Positions 1 to 9,898 of a stretch of 64,000 nucleotides of DNA are shown here, one piece after another. Every line of letters begins with the position of its first letter. Position 1 is the stretch's first letter. Under the pieces are notes generated by a model, which worked only from the letters and a program-made list of their open reading frames with translations, was not told where the DNA came from and made no database searches. The translations under genes and the position numbers were made by a program. The stretch is from an uncultured Gemmataceae bacterium (GTDB taxonomy: Bacteria > Planctomycetota > Planctomycetia > Gemmatales > Gemmataceae). The stretch lies in NCBI GenBank assembly GCA_963750165.1, contig CAVVPN010000003.1:800001-864000 (forward strand), written 5' to 3'.

Positions 1-5
1 GACGT

Positions 6-1346
6 TCAATCACGTGCCGCCTTCCCTTCCGCCAGCAACCGCTGCACCAGTTCCAGCGCCTGCTTCGGCGTCGTGATCGTGCCCTCCAGCTGCGCCTCGC
101 GCGCCGCGTCCAGCAGCCGCTTGAACACCGGCCCCGGCACCAACCCCAGCCGCGTCAACTCATGCCCGGTAATCAGCGGCGGCGGGTTCAGGTCCGCGGC
201 CGTCCACTCGCGCAGCAAATACTCGCAATATTCCACGTGCTCCACACTGCGGCCGCTGGCCAGCGCGTCGGCGCGGTGCAGCGCCAGCAACTCGCCGATG
301 CCGGGGTGGATCAGCGTCATCTTGAGCTTGCTCGTGCGCATCTGGCGAACGTCGCACAAAAATTGATGCTTCTCCACCAGCCAGGTCACGCGCTCGCGCT
401 CCGCGTTCGACAGCCGCAGCCGCTCCGCGATCTCGCCCGCCAGCCGGGCGCCGACGTGCTCGTGGTAGTAGAAGGTGTAGCGCTCCGGCGTGCGGCCGAC
501 GGTGCGCGGCTTGCCCACATCGTGCAGCAGCGCCGCCAGCGCCAGCGGAAACGACGGCTCCGGCCCCAGCAACTCCATCACACGCATCACGTGATCCCAC
601 AGGTCGCCCGTCGGCGCCGCCGGCGGCCCCTGTGGCAGGCCGCGCATCGGCAGCAGTTCCGGCAGCACCGGCGCCACCAGCCCCAGTTCGAGCAGCAGGT
701 TCAGGCCACGCACTCGCCGCGGATGGACCAGCAGTTGCCGCAGCTCTTCCGCGATACGCTCGGCACTGACGACGGTGATCTGCGCCGCCATCTCGCGCAC
801 CGCCGCCTCGGTCGGCGGGTCGATGGCCAGGTCGAAGCGCGTCGCCATGCGCACCGCGCAGCAGCCGCAGCTTGTCCTCGCCAAAGCGCACCCGCGGCTC
901 ACCGATGGCGCGCAGCAGCGAGCGCTCCAGGTCCGCCCGGCCGCCCACGTAGTCCACGAGTTCCCGTGTCAGCGGGTCGAAGAACATGCCGTTGATGGTG
1001 AAGTCGCGCCGCTCCGCGTCCTCGGCGCCGACGAGAAACGCACCGCGTCGGGGTGCCGGCCGTCACTGTAGCCAACATCGGTGCGGAAGGTCGCCACCTG
1101 CACCATGAGTGGCTTGCCCTGGCCGCGCGGCCCCAGCACCTCGACGACGCCAAAGCTCGCTCCCACCGCGACCGTGCGGCGGAACAGCTGGCGCACCTGG
1201 TGCGGCGTGGCCGACGTGGCGATGTCGTAGTCCTTCGGCGGCAGGCCGAGCAGTTCGTCGCGCACGCAGCCGCCGGCCCAGAGCGCCTGATGGCCGGCCT
1301 CCTGGAGCTGGCGCACGACCTGGGTGGCGAAGTCACGTTGCGTCAT
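6..1346 (-). CDS. cca: CCA tRNA nucleotidyltransferase with HD domain (two apparent frameshifts, ~1025 and ~860)
   Basis: Motifs spread over three frames: GGCVRD..KDYDIAT, RRDFTINGM..EDKLRLLR, and LLHDVGK (HD). Confidence 0.85.
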
Positions 1347-1947
1347 GGTCGGCGGCCCCGTTGGCCAGCGGGTCAGGCGGCAGCTCCTTGACCCAGAGCA
1401 GCAGTTCGTTGCGGCCGTAGCGGCGCCGGTCCCACGCCTCCGGCTCCGGCAGGTGGTCGCCAAACACGCCCTTTTCCGATTGCAGCACCAGCACCGACTC
1501 GCCCGGCAGCCGCTCCTGGAACCCGCGGATCACCGCGGCCATGTCGTCGGCGCGGTTCACCAGATCGGCGAACGGCGGGCTGAGGTAGACGTTGACGGGC
1601 TCGTCCGGCGGCAGCCAGTGGGCGGCCCAGCGATACACGTCGCCGCGGATGACCTGGCCGCGCTCGGCGACGCGGAAGTCCGTCAGGTTGCGTTCGATGT
1701 CCTGGGCCAGCCGGAAGTCGCGCTCGAGGAACTGACAGAAGCTGGCGCCGCGGCTGATCGCCTCCAGGCCGATGACGCCACTGCCGGCGAAGGCGTCGAA
1801 GAAGGGCCGCTCCGGCACCGCGTTGCCGAGGATGCTGAACAGGGCCTCGCGCACCTTGTCCGGCGTCGGCCGCAGCCCCGGATGCACCTGACACGTCAGC
1901 TTGCGACCGCGCAAGGAACCGGACACGATTCGGAGTTGTACGCGCAT
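1333..1947 (-). CDS. rsmD: 16S rRNA m2G966 methyltransferase RsmD family
   Basis: LRIVSG..RGRKL, LRPTPDKVREALFSIL, DAFAGSG..GLEAISRGA, SPPF, RRYG. Confidence 0.9.
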   Translation of the reverse strand: MRVQLRIVSGSLRGRKLTCQVHPGLRPTPDKVREALFSILGNAVPERPFFDAFAGSGVIGLEAISRGASFCQFLERDFRLAQDIERNLTDFRVAERGQVIRGDVYRWAAHWLPPDEPVNVYLSPPFADLVNRADDMAAVIRGFQERLPGESVLVLQSEKGVFGDHLPEPEAWDRRRYGRNELLLWVKELPPDPLANGAADHDAT

Positions 1948-2271
1948 ACTTCTGCCTACCGAGACCCCCGCTCCCGGGTAATGGCCGGTCGAAAACCCGC
2001 CACCTCAAAGGTAAACAAAGGACGCGGGGCGGTCCAGGGGGGTTCACGCAGGGTCGTTCCCCGGAAGCGGCCTGGGCGGTATAACAAAGAGGTAGTGCCA
2101 GGGAAGGCTTGGCTCTCATATCATCTCACAGACACCCCTGCCAGCCCCAGGGGCAGCGCAGAGTCCCCACTCACAACCCCGACGCCGTCCAGGGAACCCC
2201 CCACCAGGGGCAGCGAGCAAGAAGCGAACGATCCTGGCGCGGCCGTTTTCGCGGCCAATTGCCCTTGTGGC

Positions 2272-2286
2272 CGGCACATGATTTGC
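2272..2286 (+). promoter_or_regulatory. sigma-54 -24/-12 promoter motif
   Basis: CGGCAC-ATGAT-TTGC, ~80 nt upstream of the diguanylate cyclase. Confidence 0.65.
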
Positions 2287-2364
2287 TACGGTAACAGAAG
2301 TCTCCTCTACCCGGCCGCTTCCCCTGTACGCGGCCCTGCTTCCCCGAGACGCCACGGGACTTGC

Positions 2365-3311
2365 ATGAGTCCGACCATGAGACTGCTGATCGCGGAAGAC
2401 CACCTCCAGACCAGTCGCTTGTTGCAAGACCTGCTGGCGCGCTGGGGTTACGAATCGACAGCGGTTCCGGACGGCCTGACCGCTCTGGAGGCCCTGCGCG
2501 CCCGGACGCGCCGCGCCTGGCCCTGCTCGACTGGGGGCTGCCGGGTCTGGACGGCATCCAGGTTTGCCGGGCTCTGCGCCAGGAAGCGGATCGTCCTTAC
2601 ACCTATGTCGTGCTGGTGACCGGCCAGGGCGGCAAGCAGGAGATGCTCGAGGGTATGGAGGCCGGGGCCGACGACTACCTGGTGAAGCCCATTGACGCGC
2701 TGGAACTGCGGGCCCGGCTCAACGCGGGGCAGCGCATCGTCGTGTTGCAGGAGCAACTACTGGCCATGCAGCGGCGGTTCCGCGAACAGGCGCTGCACGA
2801 CGGTCTAACGGGGCTGTGGAACCGCACGGCCATCCTGGACATCCTGGAGCGCGAGCTGGCGCGGGGCCGGCGGTCGGCGAACCCGGTGGGGGTGGTCATG
2901 GCGGACCTGGACCATTTCAAGCGCATCAACGATGCGCATGGCCACCTGGCCGGCGACGAGGTGCTGCGGCAGGCGGCGCGGCGGCTGCTGTCGATGCTGC
3001 GGCCCTACGACACCGTGGGCCGCTACGGCGGCGAGGAGTTTCTGGTCGTGCTGCCGGGTTGCGACGCGGCGACGACACTGGGCCTGGCGGATCGGTTGTG
3101 CCGGCACATGGCCGCCGAGCCGGTGGACTGGGAGCAGACGCGGGTGCCGATCACGCTCAGCCTGGGGGTCGCGGCCTGGGCGGGCGGTCCGGGCGAGGCC
3201 GCCGAGCTGCTCCGCACGGCCGACGTGGCCCTGTATCGGGCCAAGCGCGACGGTCGCAACCGGGTGGCGCTCGGCGGCCCAGTGCCCGACCCGGTGAACC
3301 TGCCCGACTGA
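2365..3311 (+). CDS. REC-GGDEF diguanylate cyclase (frameshift ~2500)
   Basis: MRLLIAED.. in one frame, continuing as LALLDWGLPGLDG; DLDHFKRIND, RPYD I-site, GGEEF. Confidence 0.9.
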
Positions 3312-3327
3312 GGCCACCGCGGGCTCC

Positions 3328-3355
3328 TTGAAAGCGGCCGGGTGCCGTCTACAAT
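3328..3355 (+). promoter_or_regulatory. sigma-70-like promoter of tRNA-Lys
   Basis: TTGAAA-16nt-TACAAT, ending 9 nt before the tRNA. Confidence 0.55.
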
Positions 3356-3364
3356 GCGGGCAGA

Positions 3365-3675
3365 GAGCCGGTAGCTCAGTCGGTAGAGCAACGGACTTTA
3401 ATGGGAGTGCCCGGGACCGAAAGGCCCGAGGTAGAACCGCTCCAAATGCTGGAACCCCCTGAGAGCCGGCGGTACGCAAGGCGTGACAATCTGCCGGATT
3501 GGGCAATCAGCAGGAAAGGCCGACGCGAGTCGGAATCCTCAGAGACTTGACGAGCGGCTCCCCAGCGGGTCAGGCCGGGGGAGGTGGTAAAGTCCAGACC
3601 GCAACGGCAACGGCGGGCGAAAGCCCGTGCGGTAGGTTAATCCGTAGGTCCTGGGTTCGAGTCCCAGCCGGCTCA
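3365..3675 (+). tRNA. tRNA-Lys(UUU), intron-containing; exons 3365-3398 and 3637-3675; CCA not encoded
   Basis: Joined exons give a 73-nt cloverleaf: GAGCCGG/CCGGCTC acceptor stem, A73, anticodon arm ACGGA-CTTTTAA-TCCGT, GTTCGAGTC T-loop. Confidence 0.9.
3399..3636 (+). ncRNA. Group I self-splicing intron (238 nt, no homing endonuclease ORF)
   Basis: P (AAATGCTGGAA), Q (AATCAGCAGG), R (TCAGAGACTTGA), S (GTAAAGTCC); P3 CCGCTC/GAGCGG; P7 GACTT/AAGTC; P1 ACUU/GAGU with U.G at the splice site; terminal G. Confidence 0.9.
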
Positions 3676-3779
3676 CTGGTGCCGCAAGGTGCCCGGAAGT
3701 GCCATCAGATGAATTCGCAAGGGGTTGCGGCAACGCAGCCCCTTCTTCGTTTACCATCCCCTGAGTGCCTGCCGATGCC

Positions 3780-4063
3780 GCGGAATGCCCTTGGTTGCAC
3801 GGAGTTTGTGCAACCAGTGTGCAACCAAAACCGTCTCCGTCGGTCCCCGTTGCGGCCAACGATGCGGCTTCGACGGGGCCAGTGGGCAGGAAGCTCGGCA
3901 ACTTCTCGACGGCTCCGGCCAGATCGTGCAATCGGCGGTGCGAGTAGCGTGCGGTGAGGTTGGGGCTGCTCTGCCCGGCCAGTTCCTGTAGGGTCCGCAG
4001 GTCGATGCCAGGCCGGCCGCCCAGGGTCAGGCGGTAGGACGGGACGGATGGATGGCGGGGCAT
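3780..4063 (-). pseudogene. Tyrosine integrase remnant with internal deletion
   Basis: N-terminal MPRHPSVPSYRL joined directly to C-terminal box-II-like DLRTLQELAGQSSPNLTARYSH. Confidence 0.7.
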
Positions 4064-4173
4064 GCGGTGCAACCCTTTCTGCGGAAGACTTCCGCAAAAT
4101 CGAAGAGTTCTGTGCCGCACTCCCGAACATCGAGAGGTACTGTAACTTCAGTTCAACTAAGGACTTGCTCTAG

Positions 4174-4247
4174 TACGCCCGAAGGGATTCGAACCCCTAA
4201 CCTATGGCTCCGTAGGCCATTGCTCTATCCAGTTGAGCTACGGGCGC
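4174..4247 (-). tRNA. tRNA-Arg(ACG); CCA not encoded
   Basis: GCGCCCGTAGCTCAACTGGATAGAGCA-ATGGC-CTACGGA-GCCAT..GGTTCGAATCC. Confidence 0.95.
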
Positions 4248-4404
4248 AAGTGTTTGCTTCACTTCAATTTGCGTCGATCCTTGTCGCTTCATCCTTGTGG
4301 TTGTTACAACCCCTCACAACCTTGGTAGAAATGGGAAAGTGGCCGATTCGCCGTTACCGAATCGGCCATGAACACAGTCACCAGCGTTTCAAGGAGAAAG
4401 CCAC

Positions 4405-4540
4405 CATCTCCAAAATCAATTCTATCCCATCCGCCGTTCCTGGCAAGCCCGCCAAACCGTCCGCCGATTTTCCGCTGATCCCTCACGCCACCGACCTCTG
4501 GTGCAAGAAGATCGAGGCAAACTCCGCTACTTCGGCCGCT
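4405..4540 (+). pseudogene. Second integrase N-terminal fragment
   Basis: KPAKPSADFPLIPHAT..WCKKI[fs]GKLRYFG resembles N-termini of planctomycete integrases; AGGAGA followed by ATC instead of ATG. Confidence 0.55.
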
Positions 4541-4762
4541 GAGATGACTGAGATCCTCCACGGCTTTCAGACCACTCGCCCTTGCGGCGAGGTTGAGGGG
4601 AGTTGCCTGACCCAAAGCCTTTTTTGGCGTATTCAACCACTCGTCGGCCAAGTCCAAATTACCCGCAAACAGGCTGATGGCTTTGGCCCTGATGATTTGC
4701 TGTCGTTGGAGAGGGTCGGTTCCTTGATCTCCCTGAAAACCCTCATCGCAATCAGATGTCAT
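4530..4762 (-). pseudogene. Xre/MbcA/ParS antitoxin C-terminal domain, orphan or truncated
   Basis: AISLFAGNLDLADEWLNTPKKALGQATPLNLA..GLKAVEDL. Confidence 0.6.
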
Positions 4763-4779
4763 CGCTGTTCCTTTCGTAA

Positions 4780-6108
4780 TCAAAACAACCCCGCATAGTC
4801 CTCCTCGATGCGCTTCAGCGACAGCCGGTTCAGAAAATTCGCATAACACATCCACGCCGACAGCGCGTGCAGGTCAGTGAACTGCGGCGGCACGAACCGC
4901 GGCGGCACCACCAACCCCTCCTCCACGAGTTGGCTAATCATCTTGATGTCCGCCAGCGTCGTCTTGCCGCAGAACAGCAGCGGCACGCGCCGCACCAATC
5001 CGCGGCTCACCGCCAGGCGAATGTAGTTGTAGACCAGCACGAAACCCTTGCTGTAACACAAATCCTTGGTGAACGGCCCGCAGTTCTCCGGCAGACTGCC
5101 GCGGAAGATGCGCATCGTGTGCTGATAACTCTCGTGGGCGTCGTAGCCCTCCTGCACGAAGTAGCGGTACACCTCCAGGAAGTTGGCGCCTGTCTCGGCC
5201 AGGGCGACGCCTTCGATGCGGTTCGTCAGCCGCCGCACCCGCGCCGGGTGCGACGCGAATGCCATGATCTCCATGATGACCGCCAACCCCTCCTGCGTGA
5301 TCGTCGAGGACGGCGGCCCCTTGCTCAGGAACGTACACACCGGCTGATGCTGGCCGTTCAGCGTCGTGGCCAGGTGGACCCAACCTTCATGCACCTCCAG
5401 CAGCCGCACCTCACGCGGCGAGAAACGGGCGTTGTTGCGGATCTTCAAATAATCGCTGCCCGCCGCCGCGTCGGCGACGATGCCATCAGACAACTGCACG
5501 CGCACCGCGCACGGGTCGCCAAAGTAACTGGTCAGCCGCTCCGTCAACTGCGCCACCGTCTGCGGCGCGTCCAGCGTACACTCCTCCCGGCCAAAGATCG
5601 TCTCGTGCGACAGGTTGTCCAGAATGTCCGACATCATGTGGCCGAGGTCGGCCAGGTTCGGGTCGCCGGCGTGGAAACTGTCGGAGGCGCTGCCGTAGAG
5701 CCGCTCCGAAATCTCCGCGAAGGCGCGTGTGCCGCGGCACTTCAGCAGCCGCACCACCTCGCGATACTCCTGGCACATGCGCGCCATGATCTGCCCCGGG
5801 GCGTTGAACTCGCCCAGCTGGCGGCGGAGGTCGCGCTCGATGGTGTGCAGCTCGTGCAGCTTCTCTTCCGGGTCGAAGGGCAGCGGCCGCTTCTGGTAGT
5901 AGTCGCGCGTCACCGCCGGCAGCTCACGGCAGCCCTGCGCGAAGAACGTGCGCTCGATGTCATCGTCCCACTTGATGGCGTCCAGGACGCGGATGGGCCG
6001 TTGGGCCTCCACCAGGCGCTCGCTCAGGTTCCGCACCAGTGTCTCGTAGGCGTTCAGGGGCCGCTGGTACAGAGGGTGGTTACCGTTGACCGCCGTGGCT
6101 GTGCCCAT
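4780..6108 (-). CDS. DUF1704 / QEGLA-motif metallopeptidase-like protein
   Basis: HEGWVH and TQEGLA motifs; FTKDLCY. Confidence 0.85.
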   Translation of the reverse strand: MGTATAVNGNHPLYQRPLNAYETLVRNLSERLVEAQRPIRVLDAIKWDDDIERTFFAQGCRELPAVTRDYYQKRPLPFDPEEKLHELHTIERDLRRQLGEFNAPGQIMARMCQEYREVVRLLKCRGTRAFAEISERLYGSASDSFHAGDPNLADLGHMMSDILDNLSHETIFGREECTLDAPQTVAQLTERLTSYFGDPCAVRVQLSDGIVADAAAGSDYLKIRNNARFSPREVRLLEVHEGWVHLATTLNGQHQPVCTFLSKGPPSSTITQEGLAVIMEIMAFASHPARVRRLTNRIEGVALAETGANFLEVYRYFVQEGYDAHESYQHTMRIFRGSLPENCGPFTKDLCYSKGFVLVYNYIRLAVSRGLVRRVPLLFCGKTTLADIKMISQLVEEGLVVPPRFVPPQFTDLHALSAWMCYANFLNRLSLKRIEEDYAGLF

Positions 6109-6151
6109 CGCTTTCGTCGTGCTCCGCCTCAGTTCCGGGTCTTGTTCTTGG

Positions 6152-6209
6152 TCCGAGCCCGAGCGCCAGCGAGGTGGCTGCTGGCCCCGCGCTGGCGCTC
6201 GGGCTCGGA
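6152..6209. repeat. REP-like palindrome, family A (GAGCCCGAGCGCCAGCG)
   Basis: Inverted repeat; copies at 25827-25879 and 59638-59698; variant at 56086-56156. Confidence 0.8.
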
Positions 6210-6274
6210 ATCACCGCGAATCATCATGGCGATTTCGTATTAGCTAATTCTAACTCACTGGCTCGCGGGGGAAA

Positions 6275-7102
6275 TCACAAATCGCCCATATTCGCCAGCC
6301 CCAGCAGTCGCCGCAGCGCCGTGATGCCCGCCTCCGCCACCTGCACCGGCTTGATCTGCCACAGCGCCGGATTCAGCACCTCCAGCGACACGTACCCCTC
6401 GTAGCCGATCTGCCGGAATTTGTCCAGCAACGGTTGCAGCCGAAAATCGCCCTCGCCCGGCAGGATGCGGTCGGCGTCCGTGGCCAGCTCGCGCGGCACC
6501 CCGGCCAGGTCGCACAGCTGCACGTGCGCCAGCCGCGCCGCCGTCAGCAGGTCCAGGTCCTCGAATTTGCTCGGCCCGGTGTAGTAGTGGAACACGTCAA
6601 AATTGATGCCGACGTTCGCCTCGCCGCACTGCGCCGTCAGCTGCAGGGCCGTGTCGAGGCTGGCGCAAAAGGTGTCGCGGCCGCGGAACTCCAGGGCCAG
6701 CGTCACGCCGTAGGCCGCCGCCCACTGCGCCGCCTGTGCCAGCGACACCACCGCCCGCTCCAGGTCCGTCAGCTCCACCCGGTTCACGAAGTCCGCGACC
6801 ACCAGCAGCGTACGGACGCCGAACGCCTGGCACAGGTCGAGCCGGCGGCGGTAGTGATCGAAGTGGGCGGCGCGCTGCTCGCCCTGCGACAGCAGCAACC
6901 CGCCCTGATACGCGGCCGCGGCCAGCGCCAGGCCGCGGTCGGTCAACAGCTTCTGCGTGTCGGCAACGGCGTGGGTTTGCAGGTGCGTTTCGAGCTTGGT
7001 GAGCCAGACCTCCAGGGCGTCGCAGCCGGCGTCGGCGTAGGCGGCCACGTCCTCGGCGAAGGTGGCGGCCATGGTCGTCGCTGCGCTGATGCACGGCTTC
7101 AT
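6275..7102 (-). CDS. Sugar phosphate isomerase/epimerase (AP_endonuc_2 TIM barrel)
   Basis: LALEF, FDVFH, HVQLCD, PGEG, GYEGYVSLE. Confidence 0.85.
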   Translation of the reverse strand: MKPCISAATTMAATFAEDVAAYADAGCDALEVWLTKLETHLQTHAVADTQKLLTDRGLALAAAAYQGGLLLSQGEQRAAHFDHYRRRLDLCQAFGVRTLLVVADFVNRVELTDLERAVVSLAQAAQWAAAYGVTLALEFRGRDTFCASLDTALQLTAQCGEANVGINFDVFHYYTGPSKFEDLDLLTAARLAHVQLCDLAGVPRELATDADRILPGEGDFRLQPLLDKFRQIGYEGYVSLEVLNPALWQIKPVQVAEAGITALRRLLGLANMGDL

Positions 7103-7276
7103 GGGGGGACTCCGACGCGGCAGGTTGCGGTTGCAAATCTCGGGCGTGGAGTTACTATACCGCCCATCCGGTTGGCGGCACGAAGTCATGGACGACTTCC
7201 CCTGTGCCACGATCGGCACGGGGGCTCGTTCAACGGATTGGACGATACCCTCTTTTTTTTCCTCGCGAGGTGGCCG

Positions 7277-7921
7277 ATGCTGACGCTGATGCTGGGGTTG
7301 GAGCTGGCGACGGGCTTCACCGGGGCGCTGGCGCTCGTGTTCGGCTTGCGGGCGCTGAAGCGCAAGTTCGGCTGGGAACCGGTCATCGAGGCGCTGTTCT
7401 CGCCCAAGGGCGGCTGCCAGGAGGCGGTGGTACGCGAGCTGAAGAAGGCCCGTCGCGAAATTTTGGTGCAGGCGTACAGCTTCACCGCCGACGCGCTGTC
7501 GCTGGCCCTGGTCGAGGCCAAGAAACGCGGCGTCCACCTCGACATCGTTCTCGACAAGAGCAACGAGGTGGAAAAATATTCCGACCTGCGCATCTTCCTG
7601 GACCAGGGGCTGGCGCCGCTGATCGACTCGCACCACGCGATCGCGCACAACAAGGTCATCATCATCGACCAGAAGGTGCTCATCACCGGCAGCTACAACT
7701 TCACCAACCAGGCGGAGACGGAGAACGCGGAGAACCTGGTCATCCTCAAGGGCCATCCCGAGCTGGTCCGTCAGTACCGGCAGAATTTCCTGACGCACAA
7801 GGCGCACAGCAAGCCAGCTCAGCTGCGCGAACCGACGGGCGCGGGGGCCAGGCCGACGATGGCCGCCCCTCGGCCCGCCATCCACCAACACGAGGCGGGG
7901 CCGGCCGGCAAGGCGGCGTGA
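7277..7921 (+). CDS. Single-HKD phospholipase D / Nuc-like protein with N-terminal TM segment
   Basis: FSPKGG, AYSFT, AHNKVIIID..TGSYNFT..NAEN. Confidence 0.85.
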   Translation: MLTLMLGLELATGFTGALALVFGLRALKRKFGWEPVIEALFSPKGGCQEAVVRELKKARREILVQAYSFTADALSLALVEAKKRGVHLDIVLDKSNEVEKYSDLRIFLDQGLAPLIDSHHAIAHNKVIIIDQKVLITGSYNFTNQAETENAENLVILKGHPELVRQYRQNFLTHKAHSKPAQLREPTGAGARPTMAAPRPAIHQHEAGPAGKAA

Positions 7922-8079
7922 TTGCTTTTCTGCCGCTGGCGGCAGAACCCCTATAATGACCACCCGGTCAACCGCGGCGCCGGCATGAAACCTGGCAACC
8001 TGATCCCGGGTAAAAACCCCGCGTCCAATCCGGATTCGCTTGCGCGTGTTCCATCGCTTTCCACCTGGGAGAACATCTC

Positions 8080-9822
8080 ATGCGGCACCCCGTTGTTGTT
8101 CGCCTGCTCCCGCTCCTTTGCGTCGGCCTTCTTTTGGCAGGTGACCCGACGCGGGCCGGCGCCCAGGACCGCAAGGCCATCGCCCCGTTCGTGCTGCCCG
8201 ACGCCGCCGGCAAGTCATGGGCGCTGGCCGATCACAAGGGCCAGAAAGCCTACGTCGTCCTCTTCCTCGGTACACAATGCCCCATCAACAACAGCTACGT
8301 GCCGCGCCTGGCCGAGCTGCACAGGCAGTACGCGGATAAAGGTGTGCTCTTCCTCGCCATCAACAGCAACCACCACGACACCGCCCAGGACATCGCCGCC
8401 CACGCCAAAAAGTTCGGCCTGCCCTTCGCCGTACTGCGCGACCCCGGCCAGAAGATTGCCGACCGCTTCGGCGCCACGCGCGTGCCGGAGGCGTTCGTCC
8501 TGGACGCCAACCTGAAAGTGGCTTACCAGGGGCGCATCGACGACCAGTTTGGTCTCGGCTTTACCCGGCCGCAGCCGATGCGACACGATTTGACCGTCGC
8601 TCTTGATGAAGTGCTGGCGGGCAAGCAGGTGTCGCAGGCCAATCTGCCCGTGGCCGGCTGTTATATCACCCGCGCGCCGAAGCCCAGGGCCGCGGCCACC
8701 GTCACCTATGCCCGGGACGTGTCCCGCATCCTGCAGCAGCGCTGCCAGGAGTGCCATCGCCCCGGCCAGATCGGGCCGATGCCGCTGCTGACCTACGACG
8801 ATGCCGCCAGCTGGTCGGCCATGATCCGCGACGTGGTGCAGGAGAAGCGCATGCCGCCCTGGCACGCGGACCCCAGGCACGGCAAGTTCGCCAACGACCG
8901 CAGCCTGAGCCGCAAGGAACTCACCACGCTGCTGGCCTGGATCGACCAGGGCTGTCCCAGGGGCGATGACAGGGACCTGCCGGCGCCGCGGAAATTCGTC
9001 GAGGGCTGGAGCATCGGCAAGCCGGACATCGTGCTCAGCATTCCGAAGCCGTATGCGGTGCCCGCCAGGGCGCCCAAGGGGGGCGTGCCGTATCAGCACT
9101 TCCTGGTGAAGACCAACTTCAAGCAGGACATGTACGTCGAGGCCGTGGAGTGCAAGCCGGGGGCGCCCGGTGTCGTCCACCACATCGTCCTGTACGTGCT
9201 CGGCAACGGCGGCGGTATCGACGGCACGACCCCGCTGGCTACCTGGGTGCCTGGTGACCGCGGTCTGCGCTGCCCGCCGGGCACCGCCCGCAAGATCCCC
9301 AAGGGCGCCACCCTGGTCTTCCAGATGCACTACACGCCCAACGGCTTCGCCCAGGAGGACAAATCTTCGGTGGGCCTGATCCTCGCCAAAAAAGCGACCG
9401 CCGTGCTGCAGTCCAAGATCATTTACAGCACGAACTTCGCCATCCCACCGGGGGCCGACAACTACAAGATCACGGGCTCGATGACGTTCAGCAAGGACGT
9501 GCTGCTGTGGCAGCTGATGCCGCACATGCACCTGCGCGGCAAGAGCTTTGAATACTCGGTGGTTTACCCCGACGGCAAGCGCGAGGTGTTGCTGTGGGTG
9601 CCGCGCTACGACTTCGGCTGGCAGACGACGTACGTGCTGACTGAACCGAAGCGGCTGCCGGCCGGCACGAAGCTGGAGTGCGTCGGCCGCTTCGACAACT
9701 CCACGGCGAACCCGAACAACCCCGACCCGACCGCGACCGTCCGTTTCGGCCTGCAAACCTGGCAGGAGATGCTGGCCGGAGTGGTCGATTTTCAGTACGC
9801 CGAGGAGGCCGCTCCGAAGTAG
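8080..9822 (+). CDS. Exported redoxin + cytochrome c + copper-monooxygenase-like multidomain protein
   Basis: Signal peptide, TQCPI redoxin, CQECH heme motif, VHH and PHMHLRG. Confidence 0.8.
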   Translation: MRHPVVVRLLPLLCVGLLLAGDPTRAGAQDRKAIAPFVLPDAAGKSWALADHKGQKAYVVLFLGTQCPINNSYVPRLAELHRQYADKGVLFLAINSNHHDTAQDIAAHAKKFGLPFAVLRDPGQKIADRFGATRVPEAFVLDANLKVAYQGRIDDQFGLGFTRPQPMRHDLTVALDEVLAGKQVSQANLPVAGCYITRAPKPRAAATVTYARDVSRILQQRCQECHRPGQIGPMPLLTYDDAASWSAMIRDVVQEKRMPPWHADPRHGKFANDRSLSRKELTTLLAWIDQGCPRGDDRDLPAPRKFVEGWSIGKPDIVLSIPKPYAVPARAPKGGVPYQHFLVKTNFKQDMYVEAVECKPGAPGVVHHIVLYVLGNGGGIDGTTPLATWVPGDRGLRCPPGTARKIPKGATLVFQMHYTPNGFAQEDKSSVGLILAKKATAVLQSKIIYSTNFAIPPGADNYKITGSMTFSKDVLLWQLMPHMHLRGKSFEYSVVYPDGKREVLLWVPRYDFGWQTTYVLTEPKRLPAGTKLECVGRFDNSTANPNNPDPTATVRFGLQTWQEMLAGVVDFQYAEEAAPK

Positions 9823-9832
9823 TGAAGGCGCT

Positions 9833-9894
9833 CTTCCGTGGGGCAGACAGGAATGTCTGCCCCACGGCAGACTGGAAAGCCTGCCCCACGGAAG
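9833..9894. repeat. REP-like palindrome, family B (GTGGGGCAGAC..GTCTGCCCCAC)
   Basis: Between convergent genes; second copy at 19198-19253. Confidence 0.8.
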
Positions 9895-9898
9895 AAGC

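Noticed and set aside
3365..3675. Alternative splice giving tRNA-Asn(GUU) (after U33, ending at G3635)
   Set aside because: It lacks the U.G pair at the 5' splice site, and A73 with this acceptor stem fits Lys rather than Asn (G73)
7277..7921. PLD nuclease as an anti-phage defence system
   Set aside because: Solitary gene without helicase, methylase or other defence partners
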